Shown here one piece after another: positions 45,309 to 54,829 of a stretch of 64,000 nt of DNA (position 1 is the stretch's first letter; each line of letters opens with the position of its first letter). The position numbers and the translations under genes are program-made. This stretch comes from Planctomycetota bacterium (GTDB lineage: Bacteria; Planctomycetota; SZUA-567; H5-PLA8): positions 18,834-82,833 of the forward strand of contig BTVV01000013.1 in NCBI GenBank assembly GCA_045863855.1. Reading direction: 5' to 3'. The notes under the pieces were generated by a model. That model ran no database searches and had not been told where the DNA came from. It was given only the letters and a program-made list of their open reading frames with translations.

Positions 45309-45531
45309 CCTACTTAGGGCTCGGAACCCTGATTCTTGCTGCCGCGAGCATCACCTTACTCTGTAACTCTTAATCCTGATAGTGTTTACCGCAAGGCATG
45401 GGGGTTGGGGCCGCGCTTTGTATATAAGCTATATTTTTTCTATGGTTAACCTTTCCGGAGCCATCGATACACTGATTGAGATCACGTAAGCACTTGTGCT
45501 TTATAGACCTGCCGGTACCGAAGGAACGCTT

Positions 45532-46818
45532 ATGTCGACGTCGCACGTCGCCATCCCAGCCCCTCCGCCGCAGGTGCTGGGCGGCTTCGAACTGATTAAA
45601 AAGCTGGGCCGCGGGGCGATGGGCACCGTGTATCTGGCGCGGCAGCAGACGCTGGACCGGCTGGTGGCGCTGAAGGTGCTGGCTCCGCACTTGGCCGAGA
45701 ACGAGCAATTGATCGGCCGCTTCCAGCGCGAAGCGCGCGCCTCGGCGCGGCTGAATCATCCGCACATCGTCCAAGGGATCGACGTCGGCCAAGACCGCGA
45801 AAGCGGGCTGTGGTACTTCGCGATGGAGTACGTGGACGGTCCGACGCTCTGGTCGGTGCTGAAGGATGCGGGCCGGATCCCGGAACGGCGTGCGGCGGCG
45901 ATCGTGCTGGCGATCGCGCAGGCGCTGGAGTGCGCCGAGAAGAACGGGATCGTGCATCGCGATATCAAGCCGGACAACATTTTGCTGACGCGGCTGGGCG
46001 AGCCGAAGCTGGCGGACTTGGGCTTGGCAAAGGTGCTGGCCGACGACGCGACGGCGACGCAGTCGGGGATCGCGGTAGGGACGCCGCATTACATGGCTCC
46101 GGAGCAGGTGCGCGGGGAGACGGACCGTCTGGACGTGCGTTGCGATATTTATGCGCTGGGCTGCACGTTTTACCATTTGCTGAGCGGGCAGACGCCGTTC
46201 GAGGGGAAAGCGGCGACGTTGATCATGACGCAGCATCTATCGGCGCAGCCGGTTCCGATCCGGCAACTCGCGCCGGAGGTGAGCGACGGGTGCGCGCGGG
46301 TGCTGGGGAAGATGATGGAGAAGAGCCGGCGCGCACGCTTCCAGAGCGCGGCGGAGCTGGTGGCGGCGCTGGAGCAGCTTCTGGCGCCGGCGGCGGAGAG
46401 TCCCGCTCAAGAGCCGCGGCGCACGCCGCCGTCGATCCGTGCGGTGCGCGGCCGGCCGGGCCGCAGCGCGATCCGGCTGGAGGCTTCATCGCGGCGGCTA
46501 CCCGAGCGCGTGGCGCGGCGGGAGCCGGAGTTTCGCCCGCCGAATCTGCTGCGCGGGATTGTGACCGATCTGGCGGTGCTGGTGGTGGTGCTTGGGGTGC
46601 TGGGCGGCGGCGCGTATTACGCGTACCGCGAAGGGCTGTTGGGATTCCTGCATCTGCCGCCGCCGAACTTGAGCAAGGACGCTCCGCGCGAGGCGCCGCC
46701 GCAAGCTCCGGAGGCGCCTGCGGCGAAGCTGCCGCTACCGCTTCCGCCGCTGGAGATCGAGCCCGAGTCGGTGCCGGCGCCGGAGCCGATCGAGTTCGAG
46801 AAGGTGGACGGGAAGTGA
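45532..46818 (+). CDS. Hanks-type Ser/Thr kinase with TM segment
   Basis: LGRGAMGTVY, VALK, HRDIKPDN, DLGLA, GTPHYMAPEQ. Confidence 0.95.
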   Translation: MSTSHVAIPAPPPQVLGGFELIKKLGRGAMGTVYLARQQTLDRLVALKVLAPHLAENEQLIGRFQREARASARLNHPHIVQGIDVGQDRESGLWYFAMEYVDGPTLWSVLKDAGRIPERRAAAIVLAIAQALECAEKNGIVHRDIKPDNILLTRLGEPKLADLGLAKVLADDATATQSGIAVGTPHYMAPEQVRGETDRLDVRCDIYALGCTFYHLLSGQTPFEGKAATLIMTQHLSAQPVPIRQLAPEVSDGCARVLGKMMEKSRRARFQSAAELVAALEQLLAPAAESPAQEPRRTPPSIRAVRGRPGRSAIRLEASSRRLPERVARREPEFRPPNLLRGIVTDLAVLVVVLGVLGGGAYYAYREGLLGFLHLPPPNLSKDAPREAPPQAPEAPAAKLPLPLPPLEIEPESVPAPEPIEFEKVDGK

Positions 46819-47004
46819 AGTTCAAAAATCGAAGTTCAAAATCTTGAACGGCCCGCCAAACGTATTGCAGTCCAACGTCCAATAATCGGCTCGGCTTCGG
46901 TATCGGCTTATTCGCATAAGAAAGGCATTCTCGTGCCCGAGGGCTGGGGTATAAAGAGTCACGTGCGCACACGAGTGAGCGAGGCAATTTCTGGAGATCG
47001 AGCG

Positions 47005-49251
47005 ATGCGGATGCGGGGCTGGGGATGGGGCCTCTGGGTGCTGGCCGCAGCGGGGGTGGCGGCTCAGGAGCGGCCGCTGGCAGACGCGGGCGCGCCGTTC
47101 GGGAAGTTGCCGCTGGTGGACGAAGTGCGCTGCGGCGAAGCGGCCGGGGCGCGGGAATTCGCCGAACATCCGAAGGATGCGAGCACGATCGAGACGCTGC
47201 TGGGGACGGCGTGCCGCGTGCTGCCCAACGCGGGCGCCGCGAAGTACTTCGCCTACAAGCTGGGGAAAGGGAAGGGGCTGAAAGCGGGACAGGCGTACGT
47301 GCTGGCGGTGGACTATCCGGAGGACCGGCCGCGGACGTGGTTCGTGCTGAACCGCGGCGCGGAGTACGGGCGCGGTTGGGCGACGGGTTCGGCCGTCGGG
47401 GACGTGCTGTACACGTACACGAACAACAACGCAGAGTCGCTGGAGTACCCGCTCGCGCAGCAGTCCCGTTCGTGGCAGACGATCTTCTGGCTGCACGACC
47501 GCTTCGCGGGCTTGAACCTCGCGCGCGACAAAGCGGTGCGCGACCAGACGCCGGCGGACGGCTTCTGGGTCGTCGTGACGCAGGCCGACGCGGTGAAGGA
47601 TCCGCTAAACGCGGGCGCGGCGGTCTCGCGTATCCGGCTCTTCGAGGTTCCCGATCCTAAGAAGTTCGACGCTCAGGTTCAGCTTCCGCCGCAGGAGTTG
47701 CCGCACCGGCGGCTCTTCTGGCGCGAGGAGATGGCCGACGGCGTGATCGGCGGCAAAGAACCGGCGGGCCGCGGGCTGGACGACGAGACGGCATGGTACC
47801 GCTACAAGGCCGAACTGATGCGCGTCCTGGGCATGAACGTCTTCGGGAAGGATCTGCTGGAGTTCGGGCACAACCAAGGCTGGGAGGCGGAGGGCTTCGG
47901 CGGAAACGACTGGTACTGGAGTTCGCACGCGCCGAAACGCTGGGAAAAAATTCTGGCGATGCTGAAGCCGTACGGTTTCGAGGCGCTGCCTTATTACGAA
48001 TGGTCGGGCGGCGTGGGCGCGAAGGGCTTGGGCAAGGAGAAGCGCGCGAAGACGCTGGGCGGGAAAGAGACGTACACGCATATCGAGTGGACCGAGAAGA
48101 GCAACGTCGATCTGACCGATCCCGACGCGCTGGCCGACGCCAAGCGGCTGCTCGACGCGACGGTGCTGAAGTTCAAGGCGCAGGCGGCGTTTGCGGGGGC
48201 TTGGTTCCGGCCGCGGCCGAGCCAGAATCCGATCGGCTTCGGCGACGCGACGCTGGCGCGCTTCGCGCAGGAAGCGCACGGGAATCAAGCGGTCACGCGG
48301 GAGGCGCTGAAGGGCGACCGGGCGCTGCTCGAGAAGTATTACGCATGGTGGTACGGGAAGCGGCGCGCGTTTCTGGCGGAGTTGCACGCGCATTTGCAGG
48401 CGGGACTGGGCGGCGAGCCGCTGCTGATCTACACGTGCGACCCGAGCGAGCCGGGTCCGTCGCTGCCGGGCGGTTTGAAGGTCGTCACCGACCGGCTCGA
48501 CGCATGGGGTCCGATCTTGAAGCAGAAGGGGCACGAGAAGCTCAAAGCTCAGGCGTACGACGAGGTGCTGAAGGACGATCTGTATCTGAAGGCGGTCTTC
48601 ACGCCGCACGGGACGTGGGCCGACTGGGAGTGGCAGCACGCGGTGCCGGTGTCCGATCCGCAGCGCTACCAGGATCTGCCGGGGGTGCTGCTGACGTACC
48701 CGTTCAACCGTTCGTACACGGTTCGTTCGGAAAAAGCGTTCGAGGCTTTCCGCGGGCCGGCGGGTCTGGCGCTGCTGCGGCATTACCCGCTCAACGAGCA
48801 CGCCATGCACGAGAGTCTGGGGTACTTCGTGAGCGATCTGGAGCGCGCGGGTCCGTTCGCGATGGAAGGCGAAGCGCTGGCGCTGGCGTACGGCGATCCG
48901 ACGAGCATCGGGTATCTGAGTGCGGCGAGCTTCAACCGCGGCTTCCCCGAATACGTGCGCGCGTTTAACCGCGCGTTCCTGGCGCTTCCGGCGCTTCCGA
49001 GCAAGCGCCTCCCGGAAGCGTGTGCCGACGCGCAGGTCGTGGTGCGGGCCATCGACGCGAAGGAGCACGGGACGTACTTGGCGGTGGTGAACGTGAGCCG
49101 GGGCGAGAAGCAGGAGATCGTCGTGAAGCTGCCGAAAGCAGGGGCGGTGAGCGACGCGGCGACGGGCGCGGCGGTTCCGAGCGAAGGGGGCGCGGTGCGG
49201 TTTTCGATGTATCCGTATGAAGTGCGGGCGTTGAGGGTGAAGGGGGAGTAG
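47005..49251 (+). CDS. Large secreted protein of unknown function, possibly glycoside-hydrolase-like
   Basis: Signal peptide, aromatic-rich alpha/beta core, C-terminal beta-sandwich. Confidence 0.65.
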   Translation: MRMRGWGWGLWVLAAAGVAAQERPLADAGAPFGKLPLVDEVRCGEAAGAREFAEHPKDASTIETLLGTACRVLPNAGAAKYFAYKLGKGKGLKAGQAYVLAVDYPEDRPRTWFVLNRGAEYGRGWATGSAVGDVLYTYTNNNAESLEYPLAQQSRSWQTIFWLHDRFAGLNLARDKAVRDQTPADGFWVVVTQADAVKDPLNAGAAVSRIRLFEVPDPKKFDAQVQLPPQELPHRRLFWREEMADGVIGGKEPAGRGLDDETAWYRYKAELMRVLGMNVFGKDLLEFGHNQGWEAEGFGGNDWYWSSHAPKRWEKILAMLKPYGFEALPYYEWSGGVGAKGLGKEKRAKTLGGKETYTHIEWTEKSNVDLTDPDALADAKRLLDATVLKFKAQAAFAGAWFRPRPSQNPIGFGDATLARFAQEAHGNQAVTREALKGDRALLEKYYAWWYGKRRAFLAELHAHLQAGLGGEPLLIYTCDPSEPGPSLPGGLKVVTDRLDAWGPILKQKGHEKLKAQAYDEVLKDDLYLKAVFTPHGTWADWEWQHAVPVSDPQRYQDLPGVLLTYPFNRSYTVRSEKAFEAFRGPAGLALLRHYPLNEHAMHESLGYFVSDLERAGPFAMEGEALALAYGDPTSIGYLSAASFNRGFPEYVRAFNRAFLALPALPSKRLPEACADAQVVVRAIDAKEHGTYLAVVNVSRGEKQEIVVKLPKAGAVSDAATGAAVPSEGGAVRFSMYPYEVRALRVKGE

Positions 49252-49309
49252 TCAGTAAAAAGTGAAAGTGATGTGCGGGACGGGCATACGCGAAAGGTGG
49301 GCGCTGCGA

Positions 49310-50047
49310 TTATTCGCGTAGGGCTTCGAGGGTGGCTTTGAGGGCGTGAAGGGCGGCGGCGTCTTCGCGTTCGCCGAGGCGGCGGTAGAGGTCCATGGTG
49401 CTGCGGGGGAAGAACCCGGTTTCGTGGACGCGGGCATCGGCTGCGGGCGGTTCGGCGGCTGCGGGCGGCGCGGGATCGGGCCTCAGCAGAGCGGCGAGGA
49501 GGGCGACGCTGCCGCGGGCGTAGGCGGCTTGGAGCGACTTCCATGCGCAGGCCATGCCAACGGTTTCGTCGAGCACCTTGGTTTCGAGGAGCGAGCTGCC
49601 GGTAAAGAGCGCGGCGGCTTCGGCGGCGCGCGGTCCGGACAGGAGCATGCGGGTCGAGCCTGGAAGGAGCGGCGGGGGCCCGTCGAGCGCGGCGTCGACG
49701 AGGGAGCCGCCGCCGGCGCGGATGGTCGCGGCGATGCGCCAGATGCGCGAGGGCGGCAGCGCATTGAGTTCGAGATACAGTCCGTTGAAGCGCAGCCGCG
49801 CGACGGCCTGGGCCACGTTTTCGGCCTCGGCGGCGGGCACGGCGCTGACGATGACCGTGCAGCGATTGACGATCGCTTCGAGGGTGCCGGCGTTGTTCAG
49901 CCGGGCGCGTTTGGCCAAGCGCGCGGTTCGCGGACTGCGGCGGTCGGAGGCCCACCATACCTGCGCGCCCAGGTCGCGCGCGAGCGCGCCCAGTTCCGAG
50001 CCCAGAGTTCCCGGACTCACGATCCCCACGGCCGTTCTGGAACCCAC
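49310..50047 (-). CDS. NAD(P)-binding 6-phosphogluconate/3-hydroxyisobutyrate dehydrogenase-like protein, short or degenerate C-terminus
   Basis: VGIVSPGTLG, LYLELNALPP, VDAALDGPPP..TRMLLSG. Confidence 0.6.
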   Translation of the reverse strand: MGSRTAVGIVSPGTLGSELGALARDLGAQVWWASDRRSPRTARLAKRARLNNAGTLEAIVNRCTVIVSAVPAAEAENVAQAVARLRFNGLYLELNALPPSRIWRIAATIRAGGGSLVDAALDGPPPLLPGSTRMLLSGPRAAEAAALFTGSSLLETKVLDETVGMACAWKSLQAAYARGSVALLAALLRPDPAPPAAAEPPAADARVHETGFFPRSTMDLYRRLGEREDAAALHALKATLEALRE

Positions 50048-50131
50048 GTGGCAAGCACCTCGGCACCGGCGCGATAGGGAGCGTTACGCGGCGCGGTAGG
50101 CTGCCCGCTCCGGGCTCGCCGGGATACACCC

Positions 50132-51169
50132 CTACAACGAAGGGCGGGGCTCGGTGTTTGCGGAATAGGCGGCGTTGGGACTTGCTTCGGCGGTGGGGGC
50201 CGGGAGTTGGCGGATTGGGAAGCGCACCTCGAAGCAGGCTCCGTTCCAGGCGGACGTGGTGAGGGCAACGCTGCCCCCGTGGAGTTCGGCGCAGGCTTTG
50301 ACGGAGAGCAGCCCCAAACCGGTGCCGTTGGTCTTGGTGGTGAAGAAGGGTTGGAAGACGGCGTGGCGCTGGGCTTCCGGGATGCCGGGCCCGTTGTCTT
50401 CGACGCGGATGAGGACGTTATCGCCGTCGAGGGCGGAGCTGACTCGGATGCGGCCCATTCCTTCCGTGGCGTCGGCGGCGTTGAGGACCAAGTTGAGAAG
50501 CATCTGGTGCAGGAGGTGCGCGTTGACGACGGTTTTGAGCTCCGGCCCGGGGAGGAATTCCATCTGGCAGTTCTTACTGCGCACGTGGATGCCCGCGAGG
50601 TCGAGGGAGTCGCGGAGCACCGTGTTGATATCGCGTTCCTGCCAAGTGCCGTGAACGCCGGTCTTGCCGACGTTCATCAGGGTGCGCGAGAGGTTGGAGA
50701 TACGGGCGATGCATTCCTGGAGCTTGGCGTGATCTGCGGCATGCGCGGCATCGGCCTGGGCCAGGCGATGGCTAATGGAGTTCATGGGCATGAGCAGGTT
50801 GTTGATATCGTGGGCGACGGAGGCGGCGAAGAGTCCGGCGGTGGCTCTTTTTTCGGCAGAGACCAGGGCCATTTGGTGGCGGACGATCTCGCGCTCCTTC
50901 AGCGTCAAGCGGCGCAGCGCGACATAGCCGACGACGAAAGTAAAGACGGACATGAGGGCGACGAAGCCGAGGCCCTTGAGCTTCTCGATGCGTTCGAGGT
51001 CTTCGACGGACGCGGCCCAGTTCGCGGCGAGGTGGGAGGAGATCCAGATATATAAGGAGGAGAGCATCAGGTAGCTCAGGGCCATCAGGCTGGCATAAAC
51101 CAACGGCGTACGACGATTCGCATCGTCCTGCGTCTGGGCATCCAGATCCGGATTCGGGGGCTTGAACAT
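50132..51169 (-). CDS. Membrane sensor histidine kinase
   Basis: 2 TM, AHDINNLL, NLVLNAADA, EDNGPG, PFFTTK..GTGLGL. Confidence 0.9.
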   Translation of the reverse strand: MFKPPNPDLDAQTQDDANRRTPLVYASLMALSYLMLSSLYIWISSHLAANWAASVEDLERIEKLKGLGFVALMSVFTFVVGYVALRRLTLKEREIVRHQMALVSAEKRATAGLFAASVAHDINNLLMPMNSISHRLAQADAAHAADHAKLQECIARISNLSRTLMNVGKTGVHGTWQERDINTVLRDSLDLAGIHVRSKNCQMEFLPGPELKTVVNAHLLHQMLLNLVLNAADATEGMGRIRVSSALDGDNVLIRVEDNGPGIPEAQRHAVFQPFFTTKTNGTGLGLLSVKACAELHGGSVALTTSAWNGACFEVRFPIRQLPAPTAEASPNAAYSANTEPRPSL

Positions 51170-51192
51170 GGCGGGCTCCGAAGGGCAACGAT

Positions 51193-52521
51193 TCAGATAT
51201 CGTCGAGCAGGTGGCCGAGCTTCTCTTTCTTGGTCCTCAGATATTTGGCGTTCTTCGGATGCGCGGGCATTTTGAGCGGGACGCGGTCCACGACTTCGAG
51301 TCCGAAGGCGTTGAGTCCGACGATTTTGCGCGGGTTGTTGGTGATGAGTTTGAGGCGTCGCAGGCCGAGGTCGTAGAGGATATGGGCGCCGAGGCCGTAG
51401 CGGCGCAGATCGGGCTTGAAGCCCAGCGCCTTGTTCGCTTCGACGGTGTCGGCGCCTTCGTCCTGGAGCTGGTAGGCGCGGAGCTTGTTGACGAGCCCGA
51501 TGCCGCGGCCTTCCTGGCGCATGTAAAGGACGACGCCCTTGCCGGCGTCTTCGATCATGGCCATGGCGGTGTGTAGCTGCGCGCCGCAGTCGCAGCGCAT
51601 GCTTCCGAAGGCGTCGCCGGTGAGGCATTCGCTGTGCACGCGGACGAGGACGGGTTCGCGCTGGAGTTTTCCGGGGCGGATGTCGCCTTTGACCAGCGCG
51701 AGGTGATGTTCGGCTCCGATGTCGGTTTCGTAGATATGGCAGCGGAAATCGCCCAGCCGGGTGGGCATGGCCACGTCGACGGTGGGTCGGATGAGCTTCT
51801 CTTTGCCGCGGCGGTATTCGATCAGGTCGGCAATGGAATAAATTTTCAAGCCGTGCTCGGCGGCGAAGAGGTCGAGGTGCGAAAGGCGCGCCATGGTGCC
51901 GTCTTCGTTCATCACTTCGCAGATGACGGCGGCGGGCTTGAGTCCGGCGAGGCGGCAGAGGTCGACGCTGCCTTCGGTCTGGCCGGTGCGCACGAGGACG
52001 CCGCCCTTGCGCGCGCGCAGCGGGAAGACGTGGCCGGGGCGTGCAAGGTCGTCGGGGCGCGAGGCCGGATCGATGGCGGTGCGGATGGTGTGGGCGCGGT
52101 CGGCGGCGCTGATGCCGGTGGTGACGCCGCGGCGCGCTTCGACGGAGACGGTGAACGCGGTGCCGAAGCGCGACGAATTCTCGACGGCCTGGAGGGGCAG
52201 GTTGAGCCGTTCGCAGTCTTCTTCGGTCATGGCGAGGCAGATCAGGCCGCTGGCCTTCTTGGCCATGAATGCGATCGACTCGGGGGTGACCATTTCGGCG
52301 GCGAGGACCAAGTCGCCTTCGTTCTCGCGGTCTTCGTCGTCGACGAGGACGATCATGCGCCCTGCGCGCAAGTCGGCGATGGCTTCTTCGATGGGGCTGA
52401 AGGGGCTGTTGGCCGGATCGGGCAGCGCGGCTCCGGCTTCGGCGACGGCCGAACCGGGTTTGGGTGCGGGTGTGCGGCGCTTGGCGGTCGCGGACGCTTT
52501 GCGCGTGGTGTGCTTAGGCAT
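51193..52521 (-). CDS. ribBA: Bifunctional DHBP synthase / GTP cyclohydrolase II
   Basis: DDEDRENEGDL, TTGISAADR, RPGHVFPL, RVHSECLTGD..RCDCG, QEGRGIGL. Confidence 0.97.
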   Translation of the reverse strand: MPKHTTRKASATAKRRTPAPKPGSAVAEAGAALPDPANSPFSPIEEAIADLRAGRMIVLVDDEDRENEGDLVLAAEMVTPESIAFMAKKASGLICLAMTEEDCERLNLPLQAVENSSRFGTAFTVSVEARRGVTTGISAADRAHTIRTAIDPASRPDDLARPGHVFPLRARKGGVLVRTGQTEGSVDLCRLAGLKPAAVICEVMNEDGTMARLSHLDLFAAEHGLKIYSIADLIEYRRGKEKLIRPTVDVAMPTRLGDFRCHIYETDIGAEHHLALVKGDIRPGKLQREPVLVRVHSECLTGDAFGSMRCDCGAQLHTAMAMIEDAGKGVVLYMRQEGRGIGLVNKLRAYQLQDEGADTVEANKALGFKPDLRRYGLGAHILYDLGLRRLKLITNNPRKIVGLNAFGLEVVDRVPLKMPAHPKNAKYLRTKKEKLGHLLDDI

Positions 52522-52673
52522 GGTGCGGTTCCCGGTCGGTATTCGTGGAGCCAGTATGGACGAACGACGCGCCATCCGCCAGTCCACGCGAACTTAAGGA
52601 GAAGCGGCGGAGGTGAGCAACGGGGATTGACGGGCGGTCCGGTCCTGGCAGCATGGAAGGGACCAGTCTTCAC

Positions 52674-52736
52674 GCGGACGGGAGCCCGGAGCGGCCGGAT
52701 GGCGGCCATAGGGGGCTCGCGCCCGCCTCTTTTTTT
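52674..52736 (+). promoter_or_regulatory. Structured leader with terminator-like T-run upstream of an oxidoreductase
   Basis: Bulged GC hairpin 52674-52726 followed by CTCTTTTTTT; TTGACG at 52627. Confidence 0.4.
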
Positions 52737-52757
52737 AGGCCCGGGAGGATTCGATCC

Positions 52758-53864
52758 GTGTCTCAACGCGTGAACATCGGCGTCATCGGCGTCGGCATGA
52801 TCGGCAAGTCGCATCTGAAGCGTTACCAGGACCTGCCCGACGCGAACGTGGTCGCGGTGGCGGACTTGAACGAAGCGGAGGCGAAGCGGGTGGCCGCGGA
52901 GTTCAAGGTGCCTGACGCGTACGCCGATTTTCGGGCGCTCCTGAAGCGCGACGACATCCAGGCGGTGGACGTCTGCCTGCACAACAATTTGCACGCTCCG
53001 GTGACGATCGCGGCGTTCGAGGCCGGCAAGCACGTCTACTGCGAGAAGCCGATGGCGGGGAGCTACGTCGACGCGAAGGCGATGTACGACGCGGCGCAGC
53101 GGACGGGCAAGAAACTGCAGATTCAGATGAACACGCTCTACGATCCCGAGCACAAGATCGCGCGTCGGCTGATCAAGGAAGGGCATCTGGGCAAGGTGTA
53201 TTACGCGCGCAGCTTCGGCTTCCGTCGGCGCGGACGGCCGTGGGTGGACGGATACGGCACTCCGGCGTTCGTGAACAAGCAGATCGCGGCGGGCGGCGCG
53301 CTCTTCGACATGGGCATCTACCACATGGCGCAGGTCATGGACCTTTTGGGTAATCCGGACGTGCTTGCGGTGAGCGGCGCGACGTACCAGGAACTGGAGA
53401 TGTACGCCGACCGGGCCAAGAGCGGGAACTTCAGCGTCGAAGAGATGGGCCTGGGCCACGTGCGGCTGAAGGGCGGGCTCACGCTGGTGGTCGAGGAATC
53501 GTGGGCGGTCCATTACGACGGGAGCGAGCACAGCAAGATCCTGGGCAGCAAGGGCGGGCTGAAGCTGAGCAAGCCTCCGGTGCTGTACTCGAAGATCGGC
53601 GACGTGGAGTACAAGGCCGAGATCGAACTGGGGCACGTGGATACGCGCTGGCGCAAGTGCGAGAGCGACTACGAGCATTACGACAGCAACGAGAAGCACT
53701 GGCTGGCGGCGCTGCTGGGGAAGGTGGAACTGTATCCGACGGCGGCGATCGCGAAGAACGTGGCGCTGATCAGCGAAGGTATCTATTTATCGCAGGAACA
53801 GAACCGCGAGCTTCAGGCCGGCGAGATCCTGGAACGCTCCAAGTCCACGGCGCTTAAGGTCTAA
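52758..53864 (+). CDS. Gfo/Idh/MocA oxidoreductase
   Basis: IGVIGVGMIG, HVYCEKPMA, GGGALFDMGIYH; GGAGG plus GTG start. Confidence 0.92.
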   Translation: MSQRVNIGVIGVGMIGKSHLKRYQDLPDANVVAVADLNEAEAKRVAAEFKVPDAYADFRALLKRDDIQAVDVCLHNNLHAPVTIAAFEAGKHVYCEKPMAGSYVDAKAMYDAAQRTGKKLQIQMNTLYDPEHKIARRLIKEGHLGKVYYARSFGFRRRGRPWVDGYGTPAFVNKQIAAGGALFDMGIYHMAQVMDLLGNPDVLAVSGATYQELEMYADRAKSGNFSVEEMGLGHVRLKGGLTLVVEESWAVHYDGSEHSKILGSKGGLKLSKPPVLYSKIGDVEYKAEIELGHVDTRWRKCESDYEHYDSNEKHWLAALLGKVELYPTAAIAKNVALISEGIYLSQEQNRELQAGEILERSKSTALKV

Positions 53865-53876
53865 GGCGTATTTCGG

Positions 53877-53909
53877 GGCTGGAGGCCGCCGGGACGGCGG
53901 TCTCCAGCC
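53877..53909. repeat. REP-like/terminator hairpin with GGGAC loop
   Basis: GGCTGGAGGCCGCC-GGGAC-GGCGGTCTCCAGCC. Confidence 0.6.
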
Positions 53910-54030
53910 TGACTTTGAATTCCCGGCCGCGATCCCCTACAATGGTTCGGCTTAATGGGATTTTCGCGCGCCTGCGTCCGGGCGCCGGCATGCGCAGAGT
54001 CGGACCTGTTGTGGTAAGGAGGCTAGGAAC

Positions 54031-54579
54031 GTGGCTGCTGTACGACGCAATGGAAACGATCATCCCTTCGCGAAGAAGGAACCGAAGCCGACTCGAGCGC
54101 GCTTGGTGAGCCTTCTGGATCCGCTGGGCCGCAAGCGTTATGGGGAAGTCGAACGCTTTCTGGCGACGGTGCCGGGCGCGACGAGCGGTTTGCATTACTA
54201 CGACACCGATTGGGGCTGGGCCGTGCGCTATATGCACGGGACCAAAGATGCGCTGTGCACGCTGCATCTGCTTCCGAATACGTTCGAAGCGACGATTCCG
54301 GTGGACGACACGATTCGCGCGAACGGGACGGCGCTGGCGCCGGAACTGCGCCGCCGTATCGGCCGCACGCGGACGGTGAACGGGAAGCGCCTGGTGCGCC
54401 TGCCGCTGCGCAGCGACGGGGACTACGCGAACTTCCAGGGCTTGGTGGGCTTGCGCGCCGAGATGCTGCGCAACAAGCCGACCAAAGCCAAGTCGGCCAA
54501 GAAGAGCGCCGAGCCGAAGGCCGCCAAGAAAGCCGAAGCCAAACCGAAGCCCAAGGCCAAAGCCACCGCCAAGCGTTAA
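54031..54579 (+). CDS. DUF3788-like protein with Lys/Ala-rich tail
   Basis: GWAVRY..ALCTL, RTVNGK.LV; AAGGAGG RBS; KAKSAKK tail. Confidence 0.55.
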   Translation: MAAVRRNGNDHPFAKKEPKPTRARLVSLLDPLGRKRYGEVERFLATVPGATSGLHYYDTDWGWAVRYMHGTKDALCTLHLLPNTFEATIPVDDTIRANGTALAPELRRRIGRTRTVNGKRLVRLPLRSDGDYANFQGLVGLRAEMLRNKPTKAKSAKKSAEPKAAKKAEAKPKPKAKATAKR

Positions 54580-54829
54580 TAGACGCGGGGCTCACAGGTG
54601 CAGCAGGAATGTTGCACCCCTATCGGTTAAACCGTGCAGCGAGAAGCCATCTTGCTTGGTCCTACCTTAACAGGTAGGCGGGGTGGCTGTTGCACGAAGT
54701 GCAACGTTGGGATATTCCGATATCAGTTCCTGCGGGTGCGTGAGGCCTCTCTTAAGGAAGCTTGGGCTGCAAGAGTCCAGGCTTGGCAGGCGAGCGCAGC
54801 GCGTTCGGAAATCCGATTGAGGTAAAAAC

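Noticed and set aside
52522..52750. FMN riboswitch upstream of ribBA
   Set aside because: Conserved FMN aptamer segments are not visible on the minus strand
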